From positions 41,620 through 105,619 of the forward strand of contig JAWBWS010000001.1 of NCBI GenBank assembly GCA_038999725.1: a stretch of DNA of 64,000 nt, read 5' to 3'. Under the pieces are notes generated by a model. The model was not told the origin of the DNA. It searched no databases and saw nothing but the letters and a program-made list of their open reading frames with translations. Positions 1 to 10,106 of this stretch are shown piece after piece. Positions within the stretch are counted from its first letter, which is position 1, and the number at the start of each line of letters is the position of its first letter. Source of the stretch: Candidatus Aenigmatarchaeota archaeon. GTDB taxonomy: Archaea; Aenigmatarchaeota; Aenigmatarchaeia; CG10238-14; SCSR01. A program made the position numbers and the translations under genes.

Positions 1-336
1 GAAATGACTTCTATTGTAGCTGCTATAAAGGCTATAAAAATTTCAAATACACTAAATATACCTGTTCTTGGAATAGTGATTAACAAAGTTACCAAAGGAA
101 AACATGAATTAAAAATTTCTGATGTGGAAGAGTTGTGTGAAGTGAAAGTGATTTCCACCATACCCTATGATAAAAAGATACCTGAAAGTATTAAAAAAAT
201 GACTCCAGTTGTTTTACTATATCCAAACTCACCCTCAAGTCTTGCCTTTAAATCTTTAGCAGCTTACATAATTGGAGAAGCCTATCCTAAGGAAACATTT
301 TGGGATAAATTAAGGAAAATTTTAAGATTGGGTTAA
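1..336 (+). CDS. minD: MinD/ParA-family ATPase, C-terminal part (gene starts before the window)
   Basis: VLGIVINKV...IPYDKKIPES...PVVLLYPNSPSS matches the C-termini of the two complete MinD paralogs here; ends in an amphipathic helix FWDKLRKILRLG. Confidence 0.85.
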   Translation, partial: EMTSIVAAIKAIKISNTLNIPVLGIVINKVTKGKHELKISDVEELCEVKVISTIPYDKKIPESIKKMTPVVLLYPNSPSSLAFKSLAAYIIGEAYPKETFWDKLRKILRLG

Positions 337-984
337 ACTTTTGGCTTCTTCTTTTTCTATCAAAATCTCGTGAGAAAGATCGTGTATTAAGCTAGACAAA
401 TCTTCCAACTCTTTCATAAACATAGATTTATTCGAATCGGCCAAACCTTTACCTAGAGAAGAAATTTTATAAATATTTTTAAATCTACCTTCTAGTCTCT
501 CCAATTTTTCTTTCTTAGCCACATCTACTTTATTTGCTACAAGAAGAAATGGATATCCGTCAAAAAATTTTCTAATATTTTCAAAATTCTTCAATTGATT
601 CTCTATAGGTTCGGAATTTTCAGAGACATCAAAAAGATAAATAAAATATTTTAAATTCATTTTTTTCAATTCTTGTAAAATATTTGGCTGTCCATCAACA
701 AGATGTGGAAGTTCTATGAATTGAAATTTTTGATCACCAAGAGTTGTTGTGGCAACATTCAAATTTTGGAACGGATGAAGTGAAGGATAAGATTTCGTTA
801 CCATGTTTATGAAAGAAGTTTTTCCACTTCCTTTCATACCTAAAACAACTATAGAGGGTAAGGATTTGAATTCCTTTATCAATTTCTCTCTGAACACATA
901 AAATCTCCAGAAGAAAATTGTAATAGAGGCTGCTAAAACTAAAGGGAGAGAGTGAAATATTGGGAAGCTTTCTGGAAGCAACAT
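322..984 (-). CDS. Membrane-anchored NOG1-like P-loop GTPase-like protein with degenerate G3
   Basis: N-terminal TM helix; G1 GMKGSGKT; G4 NKVD; G3 position reads ELPH instead of DxxG. Confidence 0.6.
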   Translation of the reverse strand: MLLPESFPIFHSLPLVLAASITIFFWRFYVFREKLIKEFKSLPSIVVLGMKGSGKTSFINMVTKSYPSLHPFQNLNVATTTLGDQKFQFIELPHLVDGQPNILQELKKMNLKYFIYLFDVSENSEPIENQLKNFENIRKFFDGYPFLLVANKVDVAKKEKLERLEGRFKNIYKISSLGKGLADSNKSMFMKELEDLSSLIHDLSHEILIEKEEAKSLTQS

Positions 985-988
985 TTCA

Positions 989-1432
989 TCACTTCATGAT
1001 AGATAGTAGCTTGTCAATTAATAATATCTCACCATAAATAATTAAGCATAAGCCAAAGAAAAAACTCAAAAATTGAAGGATTGTAAATGGGAAATCCACC
1101 ATAGCTATCGTGAAATTAAAACCCACTCCTATCCAGAATAAATTTTTCTCCAAGAAATCCTTAAAGAGTAAGAAGAGAAAAAGGAAAGGTAAAACTAAAA
1201 CAAATGCCCCTGCTACTGGAAAAAAGATTGAATGTTCTTTTGGACAATTCATCTCGGTATAAGTTCCGAGTTCGGAATCAAGAAGAACTAACTTTATTCC
1301 CTTGCACCCCATACCCATGCCCAGAAAAAAATGACCCATCTCATGCATTAACAAAGTGGAAGAACAAATAAGAAGGTTGAAAAGGGTGACAAAAAGCAGG
1401 GGAAGGATTATATATTTTTTGACTTTTTTCAT
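989..1432 (-). CDS. Small membrane protein with HExxH motif (M50-like metallopeptidase)
   Basis: LMHEMGH after TM1, several further hydrophobic helices. Confidence 0.6.
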   Translation of the reverse strand: MKKVKKYIILPLLFVTLFNLLICSSTLLMHEMGHFFLGMGMGCKGIKLVLLDSELGTYTEMNCPKEHSIFFPVAGAFVLVLPFLFLFLLFKDFLEKNLFWIGVGFNFTIAMVDFPFTILQFLSFFFGLCLIIYGEILLIDKLLSIMK

Positions 1433-1480
1433 AATTCTAATTTCTGTTACAATTAATTAAATCTTCACCAAATTATTATT

Positions 1481-4400
1481 ATGAAAAAATTTGCAGGTTG
1501 GTTATTTTTTGTACTTATTTCTTTATTGATAATCTACATCTTAAGAACAAGGCTTACTGGCTTTTTTGTAGGTTTTGGTCCACCTGCCGGCGAATTTGAG
1601 TGGTGGAATGTATCTTGGAGATACAGGCTTAGGTTAGAAGTGAATTCCACTACATACAACAGAGTTGATTGGCCGATAGAGTATCATATAAATTTTACCG
1701 AGTTATTGCCTTCTGGCACTTTTGATGAAAATTCTATAAGAGTGATAGAATACAGCCCTTCTGGTTCAATTCTATATGAAATACCAAGTCAGTTTGAAAA
1801 AGACGAAAACTTTGACGCTTCTTCCAATGCAGTAGGAACATTAGTTTTCCTTATGAATGGGACTACACAGGCCAACTCTAAAAGGATATATTTTGTTTAC
1901 TATGATACTCAAGAAAATGGACTCAAATCTCCTCCAAATTATCCAATAGGTTTGAGATATAGTTGGGATGGTCGAATTGTTAATGTTAACAACACTATAC
2001 TTAAATTCTATTTTGACACAAATAGAGGAGAGAACACTTCTGGAATTTATCATGTAGAAGATATGGGTGGTACTGTTGTTATAACAGCAAGTCCTTCAAG
2101 TAGAACTGCTGAATATCTTGAATACTCTAATGGTACAACTAACTTAACTTTTGATTTAAGAAACAGCGTGAGTTTTTTTGAAGGACCAATAAGACTAACT
2201 ATCAAACAAGTTGGAGATGAGGTAGTTTTTGGGGATCCTGAAGAAAAAACTGGTGAAGCTAGAGTGATTAAGAAATATCATATTTACAATAAGGTAGGAG
2301 CTCAAGAATATGGAACTTTCATAAAAATAGTACAAAAAATTGAAAACATAGCAGATTTTGCTATAGAAAGAAGATCTACACCAGCAGGAGCTTTAGCTTT
2401 TGACCTCGACAGAACACTCTCTTCAGGCTCTATATACACTCTAGACTTCAATTCTTCTGATCCATATTCTTGGGTGTGGGGCTCGGGATATGGTGGAGAG
2501 ATAGTTGGTATAATCAACCTTTTAGAAGAGGGAACTTCTAAGTATTTTTCAACAAACAGCACAAGTTATGGAAGAATAGGAATCCAGCTTGACACAGAAA
2601 CTATACCTTCTGGCTCTTACATCAAACAAGACTCTTTGATATATTTTGCTGCTTGGGGTGGAAGTGATGCTGTCTCAGAATTTTTAGCAATAAAAGACAG
2701 GTTTGTCAATCCTGTCAATATTGTAGAATATTTGCCTGAAGCTTGGTATGTCACAATATCCCCATCTACAAATGCTACAATCTACAACAGAAATGAAACT
2801 GTTTTAATACTTGGAAATATTTCTCTTGGTGATCCTTACCATTTGATAAAATACATGAATGCGACCTTAGACATGGGTACACCCTCACCAGAAGATGATC
2901 AAACTATAATTTTGTACGATGATGGGACTCATGGTGATTTAGAAGAAGGAGACATGGTATTCACAAATCTTTTCTATCTACCTAATTATGCAACTATTGG
3001 TACATGGACGATTAATTTCACAACTTTCACAGAAAATTTTGAATTCTTGAACTCAACAGTCCTTGCTTTCAATGTTACAAATGTGTTAAATGTTAGTGTT
3101 GTTGTCACAAATAAAAAACCTATGGTCGGCTCAATCGTGATCGCAAACATATACCTAAAAAATTACAGGCAAGACTCTTGGATTGCCGGAGCAACTATAA
3201 ACTGTAGTTTCGATTCAAATGAAGTGATAAATAAGACAGATTACAACAATGGAACTTATTCAGTTAATTTTACTGCTCCCGCCCAAGAGGGAGAATATAT
3301 CTTGGAATGCAATGCAACTAAAAATGGAAATTTCGGAAGTGGTACATATACATTCACAGCAGAACCCGCAAACACAAGCATGATTATAGCTGTTCAACCT
3401 CAAAATCCAATCGTCTCTCATGTAAGTTTGTATGAAAATGACAGCTTTGTGATAGAAGCGAACATGAGCAACATCGGAAATGCCACATCCTATTCCACAA
3501 ACATAACTCTGGAACTTTTGAGTGGATGGTATGCGAATATAACTTTAGAGCAGTGTGGAGATGTGGAAAAGAATAGCTATTGTTTGAAGGGATTCAACAT
3601 AACTGTCCCAAATGGTACCTTACCAGGAGATTATTACATAAATATAAGTGCGAGTTGGAAGAATCCTGACCAAACAATCTCGTCAAACAAAACTGATGTA
3701 AGAGTAACAGTTGAATCAAACCCAAAAGTAGATGTTAAGCAAGAAAGGGTTTCTTCTGAATGTGGAGATGGAATTTGGAGCATAGTAGGAAATTTCACAA
3801 TTTTGTCGATAGGAAATGATGCTTTAGAAGGTATTACATTCTCTTGCGTTTCTGGTGAAGTTTGTGAGAATTTTGTGGTTAAGTTTATACCAGAAAGTAT
3901 ATCTAGCATACCCGTGGGAGCAAATGAAAATGTCTCAATAAATGTTACAATACCCTTAGGCTTTACACCTGGAACTTATGAGGGAATTGTGAATGTTTCT
4001 GCTAGCAATGATGGTTTTGATACTTTTATTCTTGAAGTTCGTGTTCCACCAAAGACCAATGTTTCCATAGTATCAAACATATCAAGCTACACTGCAAGCA
4101 AAATAACGAAAGAGGATAATGAAACTTTTTATTTCGAGATTAATGCAACAAATATAGGAAATGGAAGTGCAAGATTTGTAAATATAAGTGTTTCTCCTCC
4201 TCTTGGTTGGCTTGTAATGCCAAGCTTAGAAGAATGTGGAAATCTTATAAAAGATGCTAGTTGCCAGAAAGAGTTCAATGTAACAATTCCTGGAGCCACG
4301 TCACCAGGAAATTATTTAGTAAATATTTCAATAAACTGGACCCAGTCAGACAATTCCATGGGAACAAATAAAACTTCTATAACAGTAGCTGTAACTTCAA

Positions 4401-7345
4401 ATCCTTTGATAAGTGTAAGTGAAGACGAAATTTCTGGTATAGTTCACGATGGTGCTGAAGAAATAGTAGGAAATTTCACCATTTTGTCGATAGGAAATGA
4501 TGCTTTAGAAGGTATTACATTCTCTTGTGTTTCTGGTGAAGTTTGTGAGAATTTTGTGGTTAAGTTTATACCAGAAAGTATCTTAATTCTTCCTGAAAAC
4601 TCAAACCAATCTATTATGGTTAATGTCACTGTACCATTAAATTATCCAAACGGAACTTATGAGGGAATTGTGAATGTTTCTGCTAGCAATGATGGTTTTG
4701 ATACTTTTATTCTTGAAGTTCGTGTTCCTGAAAACAGGACATGGGACCTACAACCAGAATATTGTGAACGATCAACACAACAACCTGAAGGTGTGGTTTG
4801 TGAGGTTAATGTAACAAATAAAGGAAATGTAAAAATAGGTTTTATTGTTCAGCCGGAAGAAGGCAACTATACAAAAGTCAATGAAACCAGCTTTGAAGTG
4901 GATAGACTGAGTTGGCATGCATTCAAAATAACTTACAATGTTACTGATGTGCCACCTGGAACTTATAATTCAACTTTTGTTGTAGATGCTGTACAAATAG
5001 ATGCAAATCCTGACAATAAAACTGTCGTAGTTTCCTTAGTTCCTTATATCCCACCTGTGATAAACATTTCTGTAACTCCAAATGAAACGGAGCAAAACAT
5101 GAGTGTTTTGATTTCTGCAAATGTCACGGATAGGTCAGGAAGTGGAATTGTTTGGACAAAAGTCAATATAACTAGACCAGATGGTATTATCGACTCTTTT
5201 GACATGTTTCTCTTGGAAACAAGCGGGAACTTAACAAGGTGGGAGATAACCTATCCCAATGGTATAAGCGGAAGCACTCTTGAAAGAGGAATTTACAATA
5301 TAACTGTTTATGCAAGAGATAACATAGGTAATGAAGGAAATTCTAATTCTTCTTTTTCGGTTTACATAAAGCTCAACATCTTGGTGTCCACACTTTCTGA
5401 TAAATATTATCAGGGAGATACAGGCTCTGTTTATTACAGTGTTAGAGATTTCACAAACAACCCAATCGAAAACTCTACTGTAAACTTCAGCATAATTGAT
5501 TCCCAAAGAAATATCACTTACCTTTCTCCAAACTTCCAAACAAATTCTGATGGTACCATAACTCCAATGCCAACTTTTTCTATTCCATCAGATGCTCCCT
5601 TGGGAAATTATACCCTTATCTCTAATTCAAAATTTTTTGATAAGGTTGCTAACAAGATTGTTGAAAAACAAGTCAATCAAACTTTCCAAGTTCTATCAAG
5701 AACGGTTACTGTTACCGGTCTATTTGCTGATATAGAGACTGCTATTGTATGGTATCCTGAAAATATAATGAAGTTTGGGATTTTGGTTTATAATGGTGAA
5801 GGTAAATCTGTTGATCCTACATCCATGAACCTAACAGTTTATGATCCTGCTGGCAATCTATACTTCACTGCCAATTTATCTCAAATGACCAAGCAAGCAA
5901 CAGGCTTCTACATTTATCAGTATGCCATGCCTGTTAACACTCCAAGTGGAATGTTTTTAGCTGTTTTAAATTTGAGTCAAAATGAATTCCAAACCATGAA
6001 GCTCAAAGCTTTTAGAGTTGCTCATGGCGGTCCATATGATGTGAGGATAACTCTTCTTGAAAATGAAGTTGAGCAAGGAAGCTACTTAGATTTTATTCTT
6101 GTGATAGAAAACAAAGGAGAAGTTTCTCAAGATGTTTTTATTCAGTATTGGGTTTCTTCTCAAAATACAACTTACTACACCACATCAGAAGCTGTTTACA
6201 CTCCAGCCTTGACAAATCAAAGTTTTACAAGAAGTGCTTATATTTATTCAAATCAGCCTTTGGGAAATTACTTTTTAAATGTGAAAGTTACTTATGATAC
6301 AGTCCAACCACCAATCTTGGCAAATGCAAGCTTTACTGTTATTGCAAGAACTTTAAACATTACTCCACCATCACCAGTTCATGTAAGTTATCCTTATCTA
6401 ACAGGTGCAATTCCCATCCCAACCCCAACTGAAAAAATAATTGCAAGTATTTTCATCTCCCGCTACAATAGTAACATAAGCTTGACAAGAGGTTTTTCTA
6501 GAATTGAAACTGTTATTATTGAGAACAATGGTCAAATTGATTTGGAAAATGTAAGCCTATTCTTGCTTGGGATACCAACAAGTTGGTTCAATGTGACTCC
6601 TGAAAATTACAAGCAACTTGAAAGGGGAAAATCAACACCCTTCTTAATAACATTCTACATCCCCAGAAATATTAATCCTGGCGAATATCATGCCACATTA
6701 GTAGCAACTTCTGGTGTCGTCAGTGACCAAAGAAAAATAACTCTAACAATCTTTCAATCAATGAAAGAGCTTCTGGCCCAAGAAATGAGTAAGATAGAAG
6801 AAGAACTGCAAGAGCTTATAATTGATACTAAAGTTGCAGAAAAAGAGGGAAAAGACGTCTCTGCCATTCTTTTGCTGATAGATGGGATAAAAACACAAAT
6901 GAAGCTTGCAAAGGAAAATATTGAAAATGAAAATTTTGAAGAAGCGCTAAAAAATATAAACACTGCTAGAGATTTGATTTTAAGAGCTAGGGAAGTGCTT
7001 AGTAAGCTTGAGGTTTTGAAGGCCAAGGCAGTTATTCCTTGGTGGCTCATACTACCAATTTTGCTTCCTGTTTTGATTTTTAGCTTGTATTTCATCTATA
7101 GGAGAAGACCAAACATCGTAAGACCCTGGCTGATTCAACTTGAGAGAGTTGTGAATTTGGCTAAAAAGGGAAGGGAAAGCAAAGAAGAGTTGATAAAGGA
7201 GAGGGAAAAATTGGCAAGAATGCTTGAAATTTTGGAGAAAGAGAGGAGGGAAAAAATAATAAGTCATAGTGCTTACGTTGAGATGAAAAAAGGAATAGAG
7301 AAGAAGATAGAGAGAATAGAGAAGAAAATTTTGAGCTTAAAATAG
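1481..7345 (+). CDS. Giant (1954 aa) cell-surface protein with multiple Ig-like/beta-sandwich domains, C-terminal TM and cytoplasmic coiled coil
   Basis: N-terminal hydrophobic segment; WWNVSWRYR (DUF2341-like start); LYDDGTHGD motif; very many NxS/T sequons; internal 227-aa repeat; TM near the C-terminus. Confidence 0.8.
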   Translation: MKKFAGWLFFVLISLLIIYILRTRLTGFFVGFGPPAGEFEWWNVSWRYRLRLEVNSTTYNRVDWPIEYHINFTELLPSGTFDENSIRVIEYSPSGSILYEIPSQFEKDENFDASSNAVGTLVFLMNGTTQANSKRIYFVYYDTQENGLKSPPNYPIGLRYSWDGRIVNVNNTILKFYFDTNRGENTSGIYHVEDMGGTVVITASPSSRTAEYLEYSNGTTNLTFDLRNSVSFFEGPIRLTIKQVGDEVVFGDPEEKTGEARVIKKYHIYNKVGAQEYGTFIKIVQKIENIADFAIERRSTPAGALAFDLDRTLSSGSIYTLDFNSSDPYSWVWGSGYGGEIVGIINLLEEGTSKYFSTNSTSYGRIGIQLDTETIPSGSYIKQDSLIYFAAWGGSDAVSEFLAIKDRFVNPVNIVEYLPEAWYVTISPSTNATIYNRNETVLILGNISLGDPYHLIKYMNATLDMGTPSPEDDQTIILYDDGTHGDLEEGDMVFTNLFYLPNYATIGTWTINFTTFTENFEFLNSTVLAFNVTNVLNVSVVVTNKKPMVGSIVIANIYLKNYRQDSWIAGATINCSFDSNEVINKTDYNNGTYSVNFTAPAQEGEYILECNATKNGNFGSGTYTFTAEPANTSMIIAVQPQNPIVSHVSLYENDSFVIEANMSNIGNATSYSTNITLELLSGWYANITLEQCGDVEKNSYCLKGFNITVPNGTLPGDYYINISASWKNPDQTISSNKTDVRVTVESNPKVDVKQERVSSECGDGIWSIVGNFTILSIGNDALEGITFSCVSGEVCENFVVKFIPESISSIPVGANENVSINVTIPLGFTPGTYEGIVNVSASNDGFDTFILEVRVPPKTNVSIVSNISSYTASKITKEDNETFYFEINATNIGNGSARFVNISVSPPLGWLVMPSLEECGNLIKDASCQKEFNVTIPGATSPGNYLVNISINWTQSDNSMGTNKTSITVAVTSNPLISVSEDEISGIVHDGAEEIVGNFTILSIGNDALEGITFSCVSGEVCENFVVKFIPESILILPENSNQSIMVNVTVPLNYPNGTYEGIVNVSASNDGFDTFILEVRVPENRTWDLQPEYCERSTQQPEGVVCEVNVTNKGNVKIGFIVQPEEGNYTKVNETSFEVDRLSWHAFKITYNVTDVPPGTYNSTFVVDAVQIDANPDNKTVVVSLVPYIPPVINISVTPNETEQNMSVLISANVTDRSGSGIVWTKVNITRPDGIIDSFDMFLLETSGNLTRWEITYPNGISGSTLERGIYNITVYARDNIGNEGNSNSSFSVYIKLNILVSTLSDKYYQGDTGSVYYSVRDFTNNPIENSTVNFSIIDSQRNITYLSPNFQTNSDGTITPMPTFSIPSDAPLGNYTLISNSKFFDKVANKIVEKQVNQTFQVLSRTVTVTGLFADIETAIVWYPENIMKFGILVYNGEGKSVDPTSMNLTVYDPAGNLYFTANLSQMTKQATGFYIYQYAMPVNTPSGMFLAVLNLSQNEFQTMKLKAFRVAHGGPYDVRITLLENEVEQGSYLDFILVIENKGEVSQDVFIQYWVSSQNTTYYTTSEAVYTPALTNQSFTRSAYIYSNQPLGNYFLNVKVTYDTVQPPILANASFTVIARTLNITPPSPVHVSYPYLTGAIPIPTPTEKIIASIFISRYNSNISLTRGFSRIETVIIENNGQIDLENVSLFLLGIPTSWFNVTPENYKQLERGKSTPFLITFYIPRNINPGEYHATLVATSGVVSDQRKITLTIFQSMKELLAQEMSKIEEELQELIIDTKVAEKEGKDVSAILLLIDGIKTQMKLAKENIENENFEEALKNINTARDLILRAREVLSKLEVLKAKAVIPWWLILPILLPVLIFSLYFIYRRRPNIVRPWLIQLERVVNLAKKGRESKEELIKEREKLARMLEILEKERREKIISHSAYVEMKKGIEKKIERIEKKILSLK
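3782..4728 (+). repeat. Internal direct repeat (period 681 bp) within the giant gene
   Basis: 3782-3900 vs 4463-4581: 119 bp with 2 synonymous mismatches; 3971-4047 vs 4652-4728: 77 bp identical. Confidence 0.9.
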
Positions 7346-7352
7346 CTGACTA

Positions 7353-8222
7353 TTATCCAGATGCGTAGACAGTTAGAGTTGCAACATTGAGGTTGCCACT
7401 TGGAATCCCATAGGGAGCGTAAACATTCAAGGTTAAAGTGTGAATATTGCCAGGAGGAAGACTATACTCTTGTATGTATCTAGAGTTTGCACAAGAAGTA
7501 AAACCACTTCTTTTATCGTATTTGTAAATGTAAATTTTTGTGCAGTCATAGTAGGCGGCAACACAGCTTCCGTAGAGCGGAGCAGTAGCTCGATTTACAC
7601 TGAAGTAACCCCAATTGACATCTCCACTATCAAGTTGTATGTTACTTGTTGTTGGGGTTCTTGTTTCTACAGTACCATTGTCAACATCATCTTCTATTGC
7701 AAATTGTGCTCCGGTATTGTTGCAATAGCCATTTGTACCGTTACCGAGAAGCCATATATACTCAAAACTTGTGTTCTTGAAGAAACCCCATGCTACCGGA
7801 GAATTCACATTATTTTTTTGTAGGTTTGATATTTCTTCTGTCCAGTTCCACTCTATTCTGCCTGCAAAGAAGAATTTGTTATATGTCTCGTTCTTAAGGA
7901 CTATTACTCCACCTGCTGCATACTCTGTTGCATTGCTCGAACCATAAGGTCTTTTAGTTTCGTCTGTTAAAGTGTCTACATAAGCATAGATCTGAGTGAC
8001 ATTCAAAGAGCCGATGTTAATGATGTCTAAAAGCTTGGTACCACCTGTCTGACCGGGCTGCACGTTTGTCCATGAAAGGACACTTGGTACTACAGATATT
8101 TGGGCAACAGTTTTTACACTAACATTTATTGTTGCTGTATCATTCACGTTTTCCGCTCTAACGTTTGTTAAAAATGCTAGAAAAGTTATCAATAGGGATA
8201 AGCACAAGGCTTTTTCATTCAT
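7353..8222 (-). CDS. Secreted pilin/fimbrial-like protein, paralog A
   Basis: Signal peptide, no C-terminal anchor; N-terminal strand TATINVSV then ISVVPSVLSWTNVQPG; C-terminal VYAPYGIPSG...TLTVYASG. Confidence 0.6.
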   Translation of the reverse strand: MNEKALCLSLLITFLAFLTNVRAENVNDTATINVSVKTVAQISVVPSVLSWTNVQPGQTGGTKLLDIINIGSLNVTQIYAYVDTLTDETKRPYGSSNATEYAAGGVIVLKNETYNKFFFAGRIEWNWTEEISNLQKNNVNSPVAWGFFKNTSFEYIWLLGNGTNGYCNNTGAQFAIEDDVDNGTVETRTPTTSNIQLDSGDVNWGYFSVNRATAPLYGSCVAAYYDCTKIYIYKYDKRSGFTSCANSRYIQEYSLPPGNIHTLTLNVYAPYGIPSGNLNVATLTVYASG

Positions 8223-8958
8223 TCTCTCCTATATATTATTGTTAATCATAGCATTTAAACATTAGTATTAAATATTAATTTAAAAGAAAAACAATATAAT
8301 AATGTGAAAAAAGATAAAAAAGAGGCCATACTTAATGTTTTGAAGGCAAACCCGGATGGTTTGACCATCCAGGAAATTTCCAAGCTTACTGGAATGAGTA
8401 GAATTACTACTACAATTTATGTTCATGAGCTTCTTGGGGAAGGAAAAATCACTGAAAGGAAGATTGGAGCCTACAGGCTCTTCTATCTGAAAGATAAGTA
8501 TTTGGAAGTGGTAAAAGAAAAGGAAATTCTAGAAAAAATAAAAGAAAAAATAAAGTAGTCTGGTTCTAGCCAGATGCGTATACTGTGAAGGTTGCTGTAC
8601 TGAGACTACCATCCGGAATTCCATATGGTACGTAAACTCTTAGTGTTAGTGTGTGAGTTTCACCTGGCACTAAGTTTGGTGCTTGTATGTATCTAGAGTT
8701 TGCACAAGAAGTAAAACCACTTCTTTTATCGTATTTGTAAATGTAAATTTTTGTGCAGTCATAGTAGGCGGCAACACAGCTTCCGTAGAGCGGAGCAGTA
8801 GCTCGATTTACACTGAAGTAACCCCAATTGACATCTCCACTATCAAGTTGTATGTTACTTGTTGTTGGGGTTCTTGTTTCTACAGTACCATTGTCAACAT
8901 CATCTTCTATTGCAAATTGTGCTCCGGTATTGTTGCAATAGCCATTTGTACCGTTACC
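7469..8958. repeat. 277-bp identical block shared by paralogs A and B
   Basis: 7469-7745 is identical to 8682-8958 (offset 1213); further identical patches at 7762-7802/8975-9015 and from 7834/9047. Confidence 0.9.
8304..8558 (+). CDS. Small winged-helix (HTH) transcription regulator, divergent from paralog A
   Basis: ILNVLKANPDGLTIQEISKLTGMSRITTTIYVHELLGEGKI plus wing; GTG start. Confidence 0.8.
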   Translation: MKKDKKEAILNVLKANPDGLTIQEISKLTGMSRITTTIYVHELLGEGKITERKIGAYRLFYLKDKYLEVVKEKEILEKIKEKIK

Positions 8959-9789
8959 TAAAGCCCAAAAATATTCAAAACTTGTGTTCTTGAAGAAACC
9001 CCATGCTACCGGAGAGTTTATATTTGAAAGATCTTTATTTCCCACATCTTCTGTCCAGTTCCACTCTATTCTGCCTGCAAAGAAGTAAGTAGAATCAGTC
9101 TCATTTTTGAAGACTATAACCCCACCAGCTGCATATTTTGTTGGGTCATCTTTTCCGTAAGGCCTTTCAGCTTCGTCCGTTAATGTGTCTACATAAGCAT
9201 AGATATTGGTCACATTTACAGAGCCTGTGTTTATTATGTTTAGATATTGTGCTGTTCCAGCACTCCCTGGATTAATATTAGACCAAGATAAGCTCTCGGG
9301 TATTACCGAGATTTGTGCGACAGCTGCAACACTTACGCTAACAGTAACTGTATCTTCTACCGCTAATGTTAATGGGGGAAAGAGGAGAAAGCTGATAATC
9401 ACTAGAAGAATTAGCTTCTCGCAACTTTTGATTTTAACATTACTGTAAACCTTCATATTTAATATTTTTGTTAATACTATTATTTAAATCTAATGTTTCA
9501 AATGATTTTTCGATTGGTATTTATTTAAAGAAGAAAAATTGATGATAAAAGCTAAAGCAACATTAATTTTAAATGCTAAGTTAATAAATACCCTTAAACA
9601 AAAATATTAAATATGGAAGATTTTAAGCAAAAAATTCTTGAAATTCTTAAAAAAGAACCAAGGGGTTTAACAATTCAAGATATTTCAAGGCTCGCTAAGA
9701 TGAATAGATTTAAAGCTACAATTTATGTTCATGAGCTTCTTGGGGAAGGAAAAATCACTGAAAGGAAGATTGGAGCCTACAGGCTCTTC
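8410..9789 (+). repeat. 74-bp identical block shared by the two HTH genes
   Basis: 8410-8483 is identical to 9716-9789. Confidence 0.9.
8566..9456 (-). CDS. Secreted pilin/fimbrial-like protein, paralog B
   Basis: Clear paralog of 7353-8222; signal peptide; TVTVSVSV...ISVIPESLSWSNINPG. Confidence 0.6.
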   Translation of the reverse strand: MKVYSNVKIKSCEKLILLVIISFLLFPPLTLAVEDTVTVSVSVAAVAQISVIPESLSWSNINPGSAGTAQYLNIINTGSVNVTNIYAYVDTLTDEAERPYGKDDPTKYAAGGVIVFKNETDSTYFFAGRIEWNWTEDVGNKDLSNINSPVAWGFFKNTSFEYFWALGNGTNGYCNNTGAQFAIEDDVDNGTVETRTPTTSNIQLDSGDVNWGYFSVNRATAPLYGSCVAAYYDCTKIYIYKYDKRSGFTSCANSRYIQAPNLVPGETHTLTLRVYVPYGIPDGSLSTATFTVYASG

Positions 9790-9807
9790 AAACTGAAAAA
9801 AGATTAA
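9613..9807 (+). CDS. Small winged-helix regulator, divergent from paralog B
   Basis: Paralog of 8304-8558. Confidence 0.8.
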   Translation: MEDFKQKILEILKKEPRGLTIQDISRLAKMNRFKATIYVHELLGEGKITERKIGAYRLFKLKKD

Positions 9808-10076
9808 ATGTAAATTATGAATCCTTCCTTTTCCAATTCCTCTAGAACTGGAGCCAAACCTACTTTTGCCTCTTCTGTTGAAATATTGGCCAACTTTGCC
9901 ACTTCCTCTGCTATTTGATCAAAAGTTTTTTTCCCATCACACATCATTATAAGTTTAACAAGCCATTTTTCTATCTTCCACATTTTACTTCCATCAAAAG
10001 TAGCATAGTAAGTACCTAAGTGATCTATAATCTTCAAATTCTTCGCTTTCAACGGTCTTTTTTCTTCCATAAACAC
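9804..10076 (-). CDS. PqqD-like / winged-helix small protein
   Basis: CDGKKTFDQIAEEVAK...LEELEKEGFI pattern. Confidence 0.5.
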   Translation of the reverse strand: MFMEEKRPLKAKNLKIIDHLGTYYATFDGSKMWKIEKWLVKLIMMCDGKKTFDQIAEEVAKLANISTEEAKVGLAPVLEELEKEGFIIYI

Positions 10077-10106
10077 TTATTTTAATTTTAAATAAATAGT
10101 TTAAAT

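Noticed and set aside
1841-7267. Minus-strand ORFs of 60-115 aa inside the giant gene, and similar shadow ORFs over cdc48, top6AB, rbcL and others
   Set aside because: They lie antisense or out of frame to well-supported genes, with no motifs or SD; expected by chance.
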